Virus record (IMG/VR): IMGVR_UViG_3300036861_000270
Span: 1-55,728 of that record
Origin: a virus
Taxonomy: Duplodnaviria > Caudoviricetes
Reading direction: 5' to 3' (one strand)
Length of the DNA: 55,728 nucleotides
This document shows positions 9,144-18,427 of this stretch, one piece after another (within the stretch, counting starts at the first letter, position 1; each line of letters opens with the position of its first letter). The notes below the pieces were generated by a model. The model had not been told where the DNA came from. It made no database searches and saw only the letters and a program-made list of their open reading frames with translations. The position numbers were made by a program, and so were the translations under genes.

Positions 9144-9719
9144 ATGCATCCACTGACCGTCGCTCGTGCCGCCATCCAGGAGCATGCCGCGCTCCAGAAG
9201 GAGGCGGAGCTCGCCAGCCTGCTCGCCGTCCTCGCCGAACTTGAGCCGAAAGTGATCGTGGAGATCGGCTGCGATGCCGGCGGGACGTTGTGGGCGTGGC
9301 GGCAGCTTGGGCCGCGTCGGTTGCTTGGGGTGGAGCTGCCGCGGGCGGGGTTCCATTCCGGGAAGCCGTTGGAGCGTCACGGCGCCGAGGTGATCATCGG
9401 CGACAGCCACCAGCAGGACACCCACGACCAGCTTGTGAAGCTGCTGGACGGGGAGCAGGTGGACTTCCTGTTCATCGACGCGGACCACACCTACGACGGT
9501 GTGAAACGCGATTTCGAGCTGTACTCGCCGCTGGTCCGTCCGGGTGGGGTGATCGCCCTGCACGACATCTGCAACCACCCGAGGATGCCGGAGGTGCAGG
9601 TGGGTCGGTTCTGGCTGCGGCTCCGTGAGGGGCAGGAGACGGAGGAGTTCATCACCGACCCGCCGACGTGGGGTGGCATCGGCGCGCTGTGCTACCAGCC
9701 CGCGGAGGTGCCGGCCTGA
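9144..9719 (+). CDS. class I SAM-dependent methyltransferase (Methyltransf_24-like)
   Basis: 'IVEIGCDAGGT', 'DFLFIDADHTY', 'VRPGGVIALHD'. Confidence 0.88.
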   Translation: MHPLTVARAAIQEHAALQKEAELASLLAVLAELEPKVIVEIGCDAGGTLWAWRQLGPRRLLGVELPRAGFHSGKPLERHGAEVIIGDSHQQDTHDQLVKLLDGEQVDFLFIDADHTYDGVKRDFELYSPLVRPGGVIALHDICNHPRMPEVQVGRFWLRLREGQETEEFITDPPTWGGIGALCYQPAEVPA

Positions 9720-10762
9720 TGCGGACCCTGGTCATCGGCGGGATCGCGCACGCCCCAGACGGCAGCGGCTACTACCGGTTTTTCCTGCCGTTCAAGCATC
9801 TGGGTGCCAACTCCCACCACATCGCCGGGATGGCCCCTCCCGGCCCGCAGCCGCCGATCACCCCTGAGGATGTCGGCCAGCTCGACGTGTTGGCGCTGCA
9901 GCGTCCCGCCGGGCGGCAGGGGACGCGGCAGCTGGAGCGGATCGTCGGGAAGGTGAAGCTGGTGTACGAGATCGACGACGACATGCTCCAGGCCGAGCCG
10001 TCGGGGTTGCCGCACCTGTACGACGAGCAGACCCGCGCGTCGATCCGGCGGTGTCTGCGGCTGGTCGACCTGGTCACCGCGTCCACGCCGTACTTGGCGG
10101 AGCAGGTCCGTCCCTACAATCCGAACGTGGTCGTGCTCCCCAACTGCATCAAGGCTGGGCTGCTGGACATGCAGCGGCCCCGGCGGGACCGGCTGACGGT
10201 CGGGTGGGCCGGCGGGACGAGCCATCTGGTGGACATGGTGACGGTCGCCGACCCGCTCCGCACGGTGCTCGAGCGGCACCCGCAGGTGGAGATGCACTGG
10301 ATGGGGTTCGACTTCTCCCCGCTGGTGCAGCGGACCTGCCGGTGGACCCCGTGGCAGGCCGACGTTGGCGATTACTACAAGCAAATCGACTTCGACATCG
10401 CGATCGCCCCCTCAGCGGACGTGCCGTTCAACCGCAGCAAAAGCGCGATCCGTGCGCTGGAGATGGGCGCGCTCGGCATCCCGATCGTCGCGGCCAACCA
10501 CCTGCCCTACTCGGACTATGTGATCGACGGGAAGACCGGCTATCTCGTCGACGGGCCCGACGAGTTCCAGGCACGGCTGACCGAGCTCATCAACGACCCT
10601 GATGCGCGGGCAGAGTTGGGCGCGGCGGCGAAGGAGCAGGCGGCGACCTGGACGATCCAGGAGCACTGGCGACTGTGGGAACGCGCATACGAAAGCGTCA
10701 TGGGTGAGGAGGCCACTGGTGGCACGCAGGGTGAAGATGGAGCTGACCCAGCCGGTCAGTGA
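9719..10762 (+). CDS. glycosyltransferase (GT-B, GT4-like)
   Basis: 'YEIDDD', 'VGWAGG', 'DIAIAP...FN.SKS....EMGALGIPIVA', 'DGKTGYLV'. Confidence 0.88.
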   Translation: MRTLVIGGIAHAPDGSGYYRFFLPFKHLGANSHHIAGMAPPGPQPPITPEDVGQLDVLALQRPAGRQGTRQLERIVGKVKLVYEIDDDMLQAEPSGLPHLYDEQTRASIRRCLRLVDLVTASTPYLAEQVRPYNPNVVVLPNCIKAGLLDMQRPRRDRLTVGWAGGTSHLVDMVTVADPLRTVLERHPQVEMHWMGFDFSPLVQRTCRWTPWQADVGDYYKQIDFDIAIAPSADVPFNRSKSAIRALEMGALGIPIVAANHLPYSDYVIDGKTGYLVDGPDEFQARLTELINDPDARAELGAAAKEQAATWTIQEHWRLWERAYESVMGEEATGGTQGEDGADPAGQ

Positions 10763-11045
10763 GCCGGACGGGACCGTGGTCTGGCAGCCCGGCGCCCAGT
10801 TCGACCAGGACGACCCGGCCCTGGACGATCTGCCGCCCGGGCATGTCCGTCCCGTCGTCGTGGAGATCGACGAGCCGCCGGCAGCGGCAGCGGCAGCGGC
10901 TGCGTCAGGCCCGACCGAGGTGCCGGCCTCGGAGCTCGAGCGTCTCCGGGGCCAGGCTGAGCGGCTCGGCGTCAAGGTGGATGGTCGCTGGTCAGCAAGC
11001 AGGCTTCAGCAGGAGATTGCCCAACACGAAGGGAGCAGTACATGA
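10719..11045 (+). CDS. small protein with C-terminal helix-extension-helix-like motif
   Basis: GAGGAGG RBS before GTG; 'LR.QAERLGVKVDGRWS..RL..EI'. Confidence 0.65.
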   Translation: MARRVKMELTQPVSEPDGTVVWQPGAQFDQDDPALDDLPPGHVRPVVVEIDEPPAAAAAAAASGPTEVPASELERLRGQAERLGVKVDGRWSASRLQQEIAQHEGSST

Positions 11046-11470
11046 GCAAGGGAAAGCGGATCATCGTCGCGCTGGCCACGGCCGCCGCGCTCACCGTCGG
11101 TGCCGCTGGCACCGCGCTGGCCGGCTCGCCCCACTTCGTCGACGACCAGCTCACCGCCACCCGCACCGGTGACACCCTCACCGTCAGCGGGAAGGAAGCC
11201 GGGCTGGGTTCTGAGGAGAGCGTGCATGTCGTGGTGGAGGCGAAGGCCGCCTGCCTCAACCCCGGTGAGAACTTCCCGCAGGCCGCCAACAAGGAATCCT
11301 TCTCCGCTGCGGGTGACTTCCCCGTGACCAACGGCAAGGCGTACTTCGAGGTGACGGTGGTGTTCACGTTCCAGCCGAAGTGCGTCCCGCCGATGCGGTT
11401 GGTGATCGGCGACGTGACGGTCACCGATACCAGCAACGGGATCTCCACCACGATCCCCGGCGAGTTCTGA
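11042..11470 (+). CDS. secreted protein
   Basis: Signal peptide: basic N-terminus, hydrophobic core, ALA cleavage site; two Cys. Confidence 0.75.
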   Translation: MSKGKRIIVALATAAALTVGAAGTALAGSPHFVDDQLTATRTGDTLTVSGKEAGLGSEESVHVVVEAKAACLNPGENFPQAANKESFSAAGDFPVTNGKAYFEVTVVFTFQPKCVPPMRLVIGDVTVTDTSNGISTTIPGEF

Positions 11471-11479
11471 AAAGGCCCG

Positions 11480-11567
11480 CTGACCTGCTAAAATAGCAAG
11501 AGAAGCGGCCCGGCGGCGCTTGCGACGCCCCGGGCCATGGCCAACACCTTCAGAGAGGTGCGGCATG
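11480..11567 (+). promoter_or_regulatory. HNH-leader motif copy
   Basis: CTGACCTG-TAAAAT-AAGCGGCCCGG.../CCGGGCC-ATGGCCAACACCT.../AGGTG-ATG. Confidence 0.7.
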
Positions 11568-12359
11568 CTCGATGTTAACCGCGCTGGCTACGCAGCCGCG
11601 CACCGGCTCATCGCTGCTGGGCTGTGGATCGTTGACGCTGAGGCAGGCACGGTCACGGGCAGCAGATATGGCAAGCAGCTAGGCCGCACCAAGCCGGTGG
11701 GTTACTACGTCAGAATCTACGTCAGAGAGAACGGGGCCAGGGTCGGCAACATCTCTGCCCACCGGCTGATCTGGGAGCACGTCAATGGCCCGATCCCTGA
11801 TGGCTTAGAGATCAACCATCGCAACGCCATCAAGAATGACAATCGGCTAGCGAACCTGGAACTTGTGACCCCAGGCGATAACAACAGGCATGCGTTCGCC
11901 CTTGGATTAATGACTCTCCAAGGCGAGCACAACAACAATGCCAAGCTCACCAAACAGGATATCCACGATATCCGCCAGGCCCTGGCTGATGGCGAGATGG
12001 GCGTGACTCTTGCTCATCGATATGGCGTGACCAAGGGGGCCATCAGCCTGATTCGTTCCGGGAGGCTCTGGTCGCATCTCGACGACCCTGCCAGGCACAT
12101 TCTAGACAAAGGAGCACATATGCCCAAGGGTTCTGCGTGGCAGTGGATCGTCGACGTCACCGACCAGTCCGGTACGCATCCGGAGAAGATCATCGGCTCC
12201 TGCAACGGCACGTTCGCCAGCGCCACCTACTACAAGGACGACGGGTACGGGAACCTGATCGTCCCGGACGGCAGCTTCATGGCCGACCCGTCCAGGGTGG
12301 CGTGTGAGGAGCAGGCGGTCGAGGCGTGGGCGATCGCCAACTACCCCAACCGCACCTAG
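11565..12359 (+). CDS. HNH endonuclease (HNH_3-like plus HTH), read in frame into a downstream 79-aa ORF
   Basis: 'AHRLIWE...GPIP.GLEINH.N..K.DNRLANLELVT...N..H', 'NAKLT..DI..IR'; internal AAAGGAG RBS and ATG at 12120. Confidence 0.85.
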   Translation: MLDVNRAGYAAAHRLIAAGLWIVDAEAGTVTGSRYGKQLGRTKPVGYYVRIYVRENGARVGNISAHRLIWEHVNGPIPDGLEINHRNAIKNDNRLANLELVTPGDNNRHAFALGLMTLQGEHNNNAKLTKQDIHDIRQALADGEMGVTLAHRYGVTKGAISLIRSGRLWSHLDDPARHILDKGAHMPKGSAWQWIVDVTDQSGTHPEKIIGSCNGTFASATYYKDDGYGNLIVPDGSFMADPSRVACEEQAVEAWAIANYPNRT

Positions 12360-12368
12360 GAGTTGCGG

Positions 12369-13046
12369 GTGGCGCTGTCTGAGGCCAGCATCCTCCAGAA
12401 GAACCAGGGATCGTTCGAGGCGGCCAGTGGTATAGCGACGCTGCCTTCGGGCACGACCGATGGCAGCACGGTCCTGATCATCGCCTGGGCGAACGGACTT
12501 GCTGGTCAGTTGCAGATTCCAGCCGGGTTCGAGCAGGATATCGTCCCGATTGGTCTGGGCAGCTCGGATCTTTATGCCTGGCGTCGCAAGGGCGTGCCGG
12601 CTAATGAGTCGTCATGGACGGTGCAAACTATTGGCGAGACGGGCCTCATTCTATGGTTTGCCTACGAGATCAATGGCGTTGATTTCACGGAGCCGCTGGA
12701 CCAGTGGCAGACCCACGGCGCAACCGGGGTCACGTCCATCTCGACCGGCACGACCCCACAGACGAGCGTCAGCGACATTGCGTGTTTCGCGGTACATGGG
12801 GCGTTTAGTCTGACCACAATCTCTGGGCAGACCAACGGCTTTGTGGAGGGCGAGGAGCTGTCGCAGTCGAGCGTCACGTATGGCGATGCGACGGTGGCGA
12901 TCTCCCGGCTGTATCCCGGGGCGGCCGGACAGTACGAGTGCACCGCGACGCTGGGTGCGGCAGCCACGGCGCTGGGCACGATGCTGGTCTACCGCGCCGT
13001 CGGGGAGCTGCCGGTGGACCCTGGCGGTGAGGTCCTGACGGGATGA
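12369..13046 (+). CDS. putative virion structural protein (beta-rich)
   Basis: Thr/Gly/Ser-rich, lies in the structural operon; 'P.GF' motif resembles the 14215 and 25776 proteins. Confidence 0.6.
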   Translation: MALSEASILQKNQGSFEAASGIATLPSGTTDGSTVLIIAWANGLAGQLQIPAGFEQDIVPIGLGSSDLYAWRRKGVPANESSWTVQTIGETGLILWFAYEINGVDFTEPLDQWQTHGATGVTSISTGTTPQTSVSDIACFAVHGAFSLTTISGQTNGFVEGEELSQSSVTYGDATVAISRLYPGAAGQYECTATLGAAATALGTMLVYRAVGELPVDPGGEVLTG

Positions 13047-13050
13047 GCCG

Positions 13051-13749
13051 ATGAGTAACCTCTACCTCACCAACACTGACATGTCCGGGGTGACCCCCTC
13101 GGGGACGGAGACAACCCGCCACAAGCTGAATGGGTCAGCAGGGGCCGCCTCAACGGCGCGGAACAAGAACTGCGCGGCGGCACCGCCGCTGAAGATCACC
13201 GATAGTGCCGCCGCCGGGACCGACGGGTCAAGCATCGCCTGGTACTCCGAGCAGCTTCAGGCCGTGACGATCGCCGGGCAGATCGTCGCGTCGCTGTGGG
13301 GCCGGGAGTCGGCCACTACCGCAAACGCCGCGCCGAGTATCGGCGTGTACCGCTGCGACCAGTTCGGCGCCGAGCTCGCCACGATCGCCGACCCGGCCGG
13401 CGCCCAGGGCGGCCTGGAGTTCGCGACCACCGCCGGTGGCGCGACCAAAACCTGCACGATCACCGCGGCAAACGTGGTCGACACCGCTATCGCGGCCGGT
13501 GAACGGCTGAAGGTCGCGCTCTTCATCGACAACGCGGTCGACCAGGGCGGCTCGGGAACGATGGGCACCACGCAGAACTGCCAGTTCTGGGTGAACGGCC
13601 CCAACGGCGCGGCGGGACAGTCCCAGATCGCGTTCACCGAGACGATCCTGTCGCTGGTGCCGGTCATCTCCGGGGCGATCAAACCAGCCATTGCGGGGCG
13701 GCCGACGAACCCAGGCCGCGAGGCCCCGTCGATCCTTTCAGGAGGCTAA
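13051..13749 (+). CDS. putative virion structural protein
   Basis: Ala/Thr/Gly-rich, operon context. Confidence 0.6.
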   Translation: MSNLYLTNTDMSGVTPSGTETTRHKLNGSAGAASTARNKNCAAAPPLKITDSAAAGTDGSSIAWYSEQLQAVTIAGQIVASLWGRESATTANAAPSIGVYRCDQFGAELATIADPAGAQGGLEFATTAGGATKTCTITAANVVDTAIAAGERLKVALFIDNAVDQGGSGTMGTTQNCQFWVNGPNGAAGQSQIAFTETILSLVPVISGAIKPAIAGRPTNPGREAPSILSGG

Positions 13750-13753
13750 TGCC

Positions 13754-14197
13754 GTGGCCCGTGCAGCATCCGCCTATCGCGCTACCGGCCCCGGAACGGC
13801 AACGTTGCCCCTTGCCAGCCTGTACTCGCTGGGAACTGGCGGGATATGGCTGGTCGAGGTCGGCATCACCAATGTCAGCGCCCTTGCGTTCGAGGTCACC
13901 CTACAACGGGTCAGCACGACTGGCACCCAAGGCGCAGCCAAGACAGTCGTGTACGAGGAGCACGACACCAACTTCACCGCCAAAGCCGACGCTCGCGATA
14001 CCCACACCGTCTTGCCGACCCTGGTGGCCGGCGAGATCCGCCGCGCGTCCATCGGCGCGTCGATCGGGTCGGGCATCATCTGGACGTTCGGTGGCCGTGG
14101 CCTGTTCCTCCCCTCCGGGACCGGCAACGGGTTCGCGTTGCTGCCGATCAATGGCACCGGCCAGAGCGCCGACGTGTATTGGTCGTTTGATCAGTGA
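13754..14197 (+). CDS. putative virion structural protein
   Basis: AGGAGG RBS before GTG; beta-rich. Confidence 0.6.
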   Translation: MARAASAYRATGPGTATLPLASLYSLGTGGIWLVEVGITNVSALAFEVTLQRVSTTGTQGAAKTVVYEEHDTNFTAKADARDTHTVLPTLVAGEIRRASIGASIGSGIIWTFGGRGLFLPSGTGNGFALLPINGTGQSADVYWSFDQ

Positions 14198-14214
14198 CCC
14201 TCGGGGGGTAGCTC

Positions 14215-15891
14215 ATGCCACCTCGCCGGGGATATCTCAAGCCCCCAGCCCGGATCATCCGCCGCGGGTCGCGGATCCTCCGCCCGCTCGTCACCGGCGC
14301 AGTCTCCCCGATCACCAAGGTCGGCACCGACGGCACCACCGCCGCGACCGTGCAGGACACCACCCCAACCACCGCATGGCCCTCGGGGATCACCGACGGG
14401 GACCTGGTCGTCCTCGAGGTCACCTACGGGTCCGGCGCCACCCCGACCACCATCTCGCAGGCCAGCGGCGCGACGATGACGCTGGCAAGCGACCTGTCCG
14501 ACACGTCCATCCGGACCGCCACCTACACCCGCTTCTTCGTCACCGGCGACACCGCCCCCACGTTCACCCTGTCCACCGCCCGCTCATGGGCGACCAAGAC
14601 AACAGCGTTCCGTGGGGTCGACACTGTTCACCGGTTCGGCCCGAACGACAACGACTTTCAGCAGACCGCCCAGGCGTCGTCCACCAGCTACGCGTCCGGG
14701 TCGCTCACCCCCGACGAGGACCTGGCGATGGCGGTCCTGGTCTGGGGCGGGAAGATCGCCGCAGGCGGGACGCAGACGATCACGGTCGCGTCCGGGTGGA
14801 CCGACACCGGCGCGATCAACCAGTGCAACATCGCGGCGACCACCAACGTCTGGTGCGACATCCAGTACCAGGCGCTCGGCACGGCGGCCGCGACCAGCGA
14901 GTCAGTGACGATCGGGACCGCCGCGGTCGGACAGGGCACGATCCTCGCGCTGAACCCGGCCCCGGCCGGTGGCGCTCTATCTCGCACCGCCGCTGATACC
15001 GCCTCGGCCACGGACACTGCCACCAGATCAGTTGCCGAGGCTCGTACTGCAGCCGATACCGCCAGCGCCTCGGACAGCGCGCCACGTATCGCCAGCTTCG
15101 CCCGTTCCGCCTCGGATACCGCCAGCGCGACCGACACGGCGGTCGGGGTCGGCGGTGGGAATAGCCGGACCGCCTCGGATGCTGCCTCAGCAACTGACAC
15201 AGCATCGCGGACGCTAGGGCTGGCCACCCGCACGACTGCGGACACGGCCAGCGCTTTGGACACGGTCACCCGGACCGCACCGAAGACCCGCACGACCGCT
15301 GACACGGCGTCGGCCAGCGACACGGCAACGCGGACGTGGGCGGCAGCCAGGACCGCCACGGAGACGGCAAGCGCCACCGACGCGGGCGCCCGGCTCGTCG
15401 CGTTCGCACGGTCGGCCTCCGATACCGCAACGGCAGCGGACGCCGCCACCCGGACGGCACCGCGCATCCGCACCGCATCCGACACGGCCAGCGCGACGGA
15501 CACGGCGGCTGGGTCGACGTCGGGGAACCTGCAACGCACCGCCACCGACACCACCCAAGCGACCGACACGGCGACACGCTCGGCGATCACCTGGGCACGG
15601 TCGACCGCCGACACCGCCCAGGCGGTTGACGCGGCCACCCGGACCGCACCACGCACCCGAATCGTCAGCGACACCGCCGCAGCCGCCGATGTAGCGGTCG
15701 GAGTCGTCAACCACTCGTTCACCCGCACCGCCGCCGACACCGCCAACGCAGCAGACACGGCATCGGGGACGGTCGTGGCGTTCACCGTCGGCCAGCTCAC
15801 CGCCACCTTGGCCGCCCTGACCACGCTTACCGCTGCCGACGCGCCGACCGCGACCCTGACCGCGACGGCCACACGGGGCGGCCCCACCTAA
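14215..15891 (+). CDS. putative fibre/appendage protein with tandem repeats
   Basis: Globular N-terminal domain then 13 repeats of 20-22 aa, R[TS]xxD[TA]AxAxD. Confidence 0.7.
   Translation: MPPRRGYLKPPARIIRRGSRILRPLVTGAVSPITKVGTDGTTAATVQDTTPTTAWPSGITDGDLVVLEVTYGSGATPTTISQASGATMTLASDLSDTSIRTATYTRFFVTGDTAPTFTLSTARSWATKTTAFRGVDTVHRFGPNDNDFQQTAQASSTSYASGSLTPDEDLAMAVLVWGGKIAAGGTQTITVASGWTDTGAINQCNIAATTNVWCDIQYQALGTAAATSESVTIGTAAVGQGTILALNPAPAGGALSRTAADTASATDTATRSVAEARTAADTASASDSAPRIASFARSASDTASATDTAVGVGGGNSRTASDAASATDTASRTLGLATRTTADTASALDTVTRTAPKTRTTADTASASDTATRTWAAARTATETASATDAGARLVAFARSASDTATAADAATRTAPRIRTASDTASATDTAAGSTSGNLQRTATDTTQATDTATRSAITWARSTADTAQAVDAATRTAPRTRIVSDTAAAADVAVGVVNHSFTRTAADTANAADTASGTVVAFTVGQLTATLAALTTLTAADAPTATLTATATRGGPT
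14980..15770 (+). repeat. 13 degenerate coding tandem repeats of ~60-66 bp
   Basis: RTAADTASATDTAT-like units counted in the translation. Confidence 0.85.
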
Positions 15892-15918
15892 CCACTGGAT
15901 CTAGGATCTGGAGGCTCG

Positions 15919-16227
15919 ATGCTCGTCCAACTCGGCAACTCCGCGCCGAAGGAGGCGTACCGGGACGAGGACGGGAACCTGCGGCACCGGCCCGTCGAGG
16001 GCGCCCGGGTGACCACCATCCACATCCCGGACAGCTACACCCCGATCGAGGCGTTCTCCGCGGTCACCGCGCAGGACGGGGCGTGGAACCACCACACCCA
16101 GGGCGATGACCCCGCCGATGTCAACCCCGACTGGCTGGAGTGCGATGACGACACTCTCCGGCTGCTGTTGGAATCGTACTTCGGCTGCAAGGTCGGCCGG
16201 CCGAGCAACTGGAAGGGGCAGGGCTGA
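15919..16227 (+). CDS. hypothetical protein
   Basis: GGAGG RBS; coupled to the next gene. Confidence 0.7.
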   Translation: MLVQLGNSAPKEAYRDEDGNLRHRPVEGARVTTIHIPDSYTPIEAFSAVTAQDGAWNHHTQGDDPADVNPDWLECDDDTLRLLLESYFGCKVGRPSNWKGQG

Positions 16228-16862
16228 TGCTCGTCAACACTGGGCGCGACCACCAGGCCGGCTCGATCGGCGGCGATATCGTCGGCTTCGCCGGTACCGC
16301 GACCGCCTCCTCCGCGACCTCGCTGACCACCTCCGGGCTCACGTCCGGGATCTACGTCGGGCACATCGTGGTCGCCGGCTCCACAGCGGCGAACTTCGTC
16401 TACGGGATCATCATCTCCAACACCACCACCAACATCACCGTCGACGCCTGGTCGGTCCCGGCCACCCCTGGCGGTGCCGCTGGAGCGACCCCAGCGGCGA
16501 CCGCGCCATTCATCATCCTTCCCGGCCAAGCGCCCGCCTGGTTCACTGGGCTGACCGCCAACACTGGCGCCGCAGCCGGCACCGACACGGTGCTGACGGG
16601 TGAGATCACCACCGCTGGGGGTGGGCTGATCCGCAAGATCAGCGCCTACGCACACACGGCGGGCGTGGCGAGCTACACCCTCACCACCGCCTACACCGCC
16701 AACGGGTCCGACACGTTGCCGGTCACCATCCACAAGATCGGCGTGTTCCAGTCGCTGACCGGCGCGACGCGGATGGCGTTCGAGACGGTACTGAACGCCG
16801 ACGCGACACTGAACATCTCCGGCGACCAGCTGACCGTGACGCAGACCGTCACGCTCTCGTAG
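16227..16862 (+). CDS. putative virion structural protein
   Basis: 'DTVLTGEI...GL.R', C-terminal 'SGDQLTVTQTVTL', fibre/baseplate-like. Confidence 0.65.
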   Translation: MLVNTGRDHQAGSIGGDIVGFAGTATASSATSLTTSGLTSGIYVGHIVVAGSTAANFVYGIIISNTTTNITVDAWSVPATPGGAAGATPAATAPFIILPGQAPAWFTGLTANTGAAAGTDTVLTGEITTAGGGLIRKISAYAHTAGVASYTLTTAYTANGSDTLPVTIHKIGVFQSLTGATRMAFETVLNADATLNISGDQLTVTQTVTLS

Positions 16863-16870
16863 GGGCAGCG

Positions 16871-17713
16871 ATGCCGCGCTACCCGCAGGGCCAGCCGATT
16901 ACCCTGTCGACCACGGTCAAGAACGCCGCTGGCCAGCTTGGCAACGCGACCGCGATCGCCCTCACGGTGCAGAAGCCTGACGCCTCCACCCAGACCTACT
17001 CCTCGCCGACCAACGACGGGACCGGCCTGTACCACCAGGACATCCCCACCACCGATCTGACCCTGGTCGGCCACTACGCGTACAAGTGGGTCGCGACCGG
17101 TACGAACGCAGGCGTTGCCTACGACGTATTCGATGTGTTCGACCCGTTCGATGTCAGTGTCCTGTCGCTTCGGGATGGCAAGGATCATCTGAACATCCCG
17201 CAGACGAACACCACCTACGACTCGGAGATCCAGTCGAAGATCGCCACCATCCAGGCCAACCTCGAGAAGTTGACCGGCGGCCCGATTATCACCCGCAGCA
17301 TCACCGAGCGGGCCCCGTGCCCGTACGGGCACAACACCATCGCTGTCCGGCAACGGCCGCTCGTCGGTGTCACCTCGATCACCGATGTCGCCAGCGGGGT
17401 CGCGCAGTCGACCAGCGACCTCGAGATCGACTCGAACGCGGGGATCATCCGCCGGAAGCTCGGCTGGCCGTTCCTCGGCTGGGGTGGCGCCTACACCGTC
17501 GTCTACACAGCCGGATGGGGCACCGCCGTGCCCCCGTCATTCAACGAGTTCGCCAGGATCGTCCTCGAACACCTGTGGCAGACCCAGCATGGCCCGTCGC
17601 TCCGCCCGAGCATCGGTGGGGAGGAGGAGGTCACGTTGCCCGGGTTCGGCTATGCGATCCCCAACCGGGCGGTCGAACTCATCGCCTGGGCCATGCTCGA
17701 GGCGTACGTATGA
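16871..17713 (+). CDS. head-tail connector (gp6-like) fused to N-terminal beta domain
   Basis: 'LSL..GK.HLNI......DSEI', 'VVYTAGWG', 'ILEHLW'; extra ~90 aa at the N-terminus. Confidence 0.75.
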   Translation: MPRYPQGQPITLSTTVKNAAGQLGNATAIALTVQKPDASTQTYSSPTNDGTGLYHQDIPTTDLTLVGHYAYKWVATGTNAGVAYDVFDVFDPFDVSVLSLRDGKDHLNIPQTNTTYDSEIQSKIATIQANLEKLTGGPIITRSITERAPCPYGHNTIAVRQRPLVGVTSITDVASGVAQSTSDLEIDSNAGIIRRKLGWPFLGWGGAYTVVYTAGWGTAVPPSFNEFARIVLEHLWQTQHGPSLRPSIGGEEEVTLPGFGYAIPNRAVELIAWAMLEAYV

Positions 17714-17768
17714 GTGCCATGCCTGCCGAGCCGTGCCATGCCGAGCCTAACCCTGCCGTGCCACGCCC

Positions 17769-18251
17769 ATGAGCACATCCAGAGTACCGGACGTTCTTGA
17801 CTACTTGGTGAGCCTGTTCTCGGGTGATGTGACGCTCGGCACAGCGCCAGCCCCCAACACCGTTGCGGTGTACGACGGACCCCGGATCACCCAGGAGCCC
17901 TCCCAGCGGAACCTGTACGTCGGTCTGACCGACCCTGACTCGGACGAGCCGGTCTCCGCGAACTCGGAGCAGACGTGGGCGGCGCTCGGCAAGCAGGCCG
18001 TCGACGAAACCCTCACCATCCACTGCTGCGCCGAAGCATGGTCCGGTGAGACAGACGTGCGGACGCTGCGGCTGGAAGCCTACGGGATCGTCCACGCGGT
18101 CGAGACGCTGATCCGCGCCGACCCGATGCTCGGTGGCCTGGTGCTGTTCTGCGAACCCGTCAGCGGCGGGGCGGAGCTGCGGCAGGACCAGACCGCCCAG
18201 GGGGTGCTCGTGAAGGTCCTGTTCCGCATCGACGCCAAAGCACGCCTCTAG
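17769..18251 (+). CDS. tail terminator/completion protein (putative)
   Basis: 'VETLIRADPMLGG'; position before the tail tube gene. Confidence 0.6.
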   Translation: MSTSRVPDVLDYLVSLFSGDVTLGTAPAPNTVAVYDGPRITQEPSQRNLYVGLTDPDSDEPVSANSEQTWAALGKQAVDETLTIHCCAEAWSGETDVRTLRLEAYGIVHAVETLIRADPMLGGLVLFCEPVSGGAELRQDQTAQGVLVKVLFRIDAKARL

Positions 18252-18259
18252 GAGGACAG

Positions 18260-18424
18260 GTGAAGGTACGCAACGTGAGCGGTGGTCCCGTCAGCTTCCC
18301 GCTGGTCGGCCGGGACGTCCAGGCCGATGAGGTCGTCGAGGTCCCCGACGGCACCAACCTGCCAGCCGACTACTTCCAGCCCGTCACCGAGACCAAGTCC
18401 GCCAAGGCGCAGACCAAGGAGTAG
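18260..18424 (+). CDS. small hypothetical protein (54 aa)
   Basis: AGGAGG plus GTG; VKVRNVSGG...EVVEVPDG. Confidence 0.65.
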   Translation: MKVRNVSGGPVSFPLVGRDVQADEVVEVPDGTNLPADYFQPVTETKSAKAQTKE

Positions 18425-18427
18425 CAG

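Noticed and set aside
14980-15770. Possible CRISPR array or DGR repeat
   Set aside because: The repeats are degenerate, in frame and conserved at protein level; no cas or reverse transcriptase gene is present
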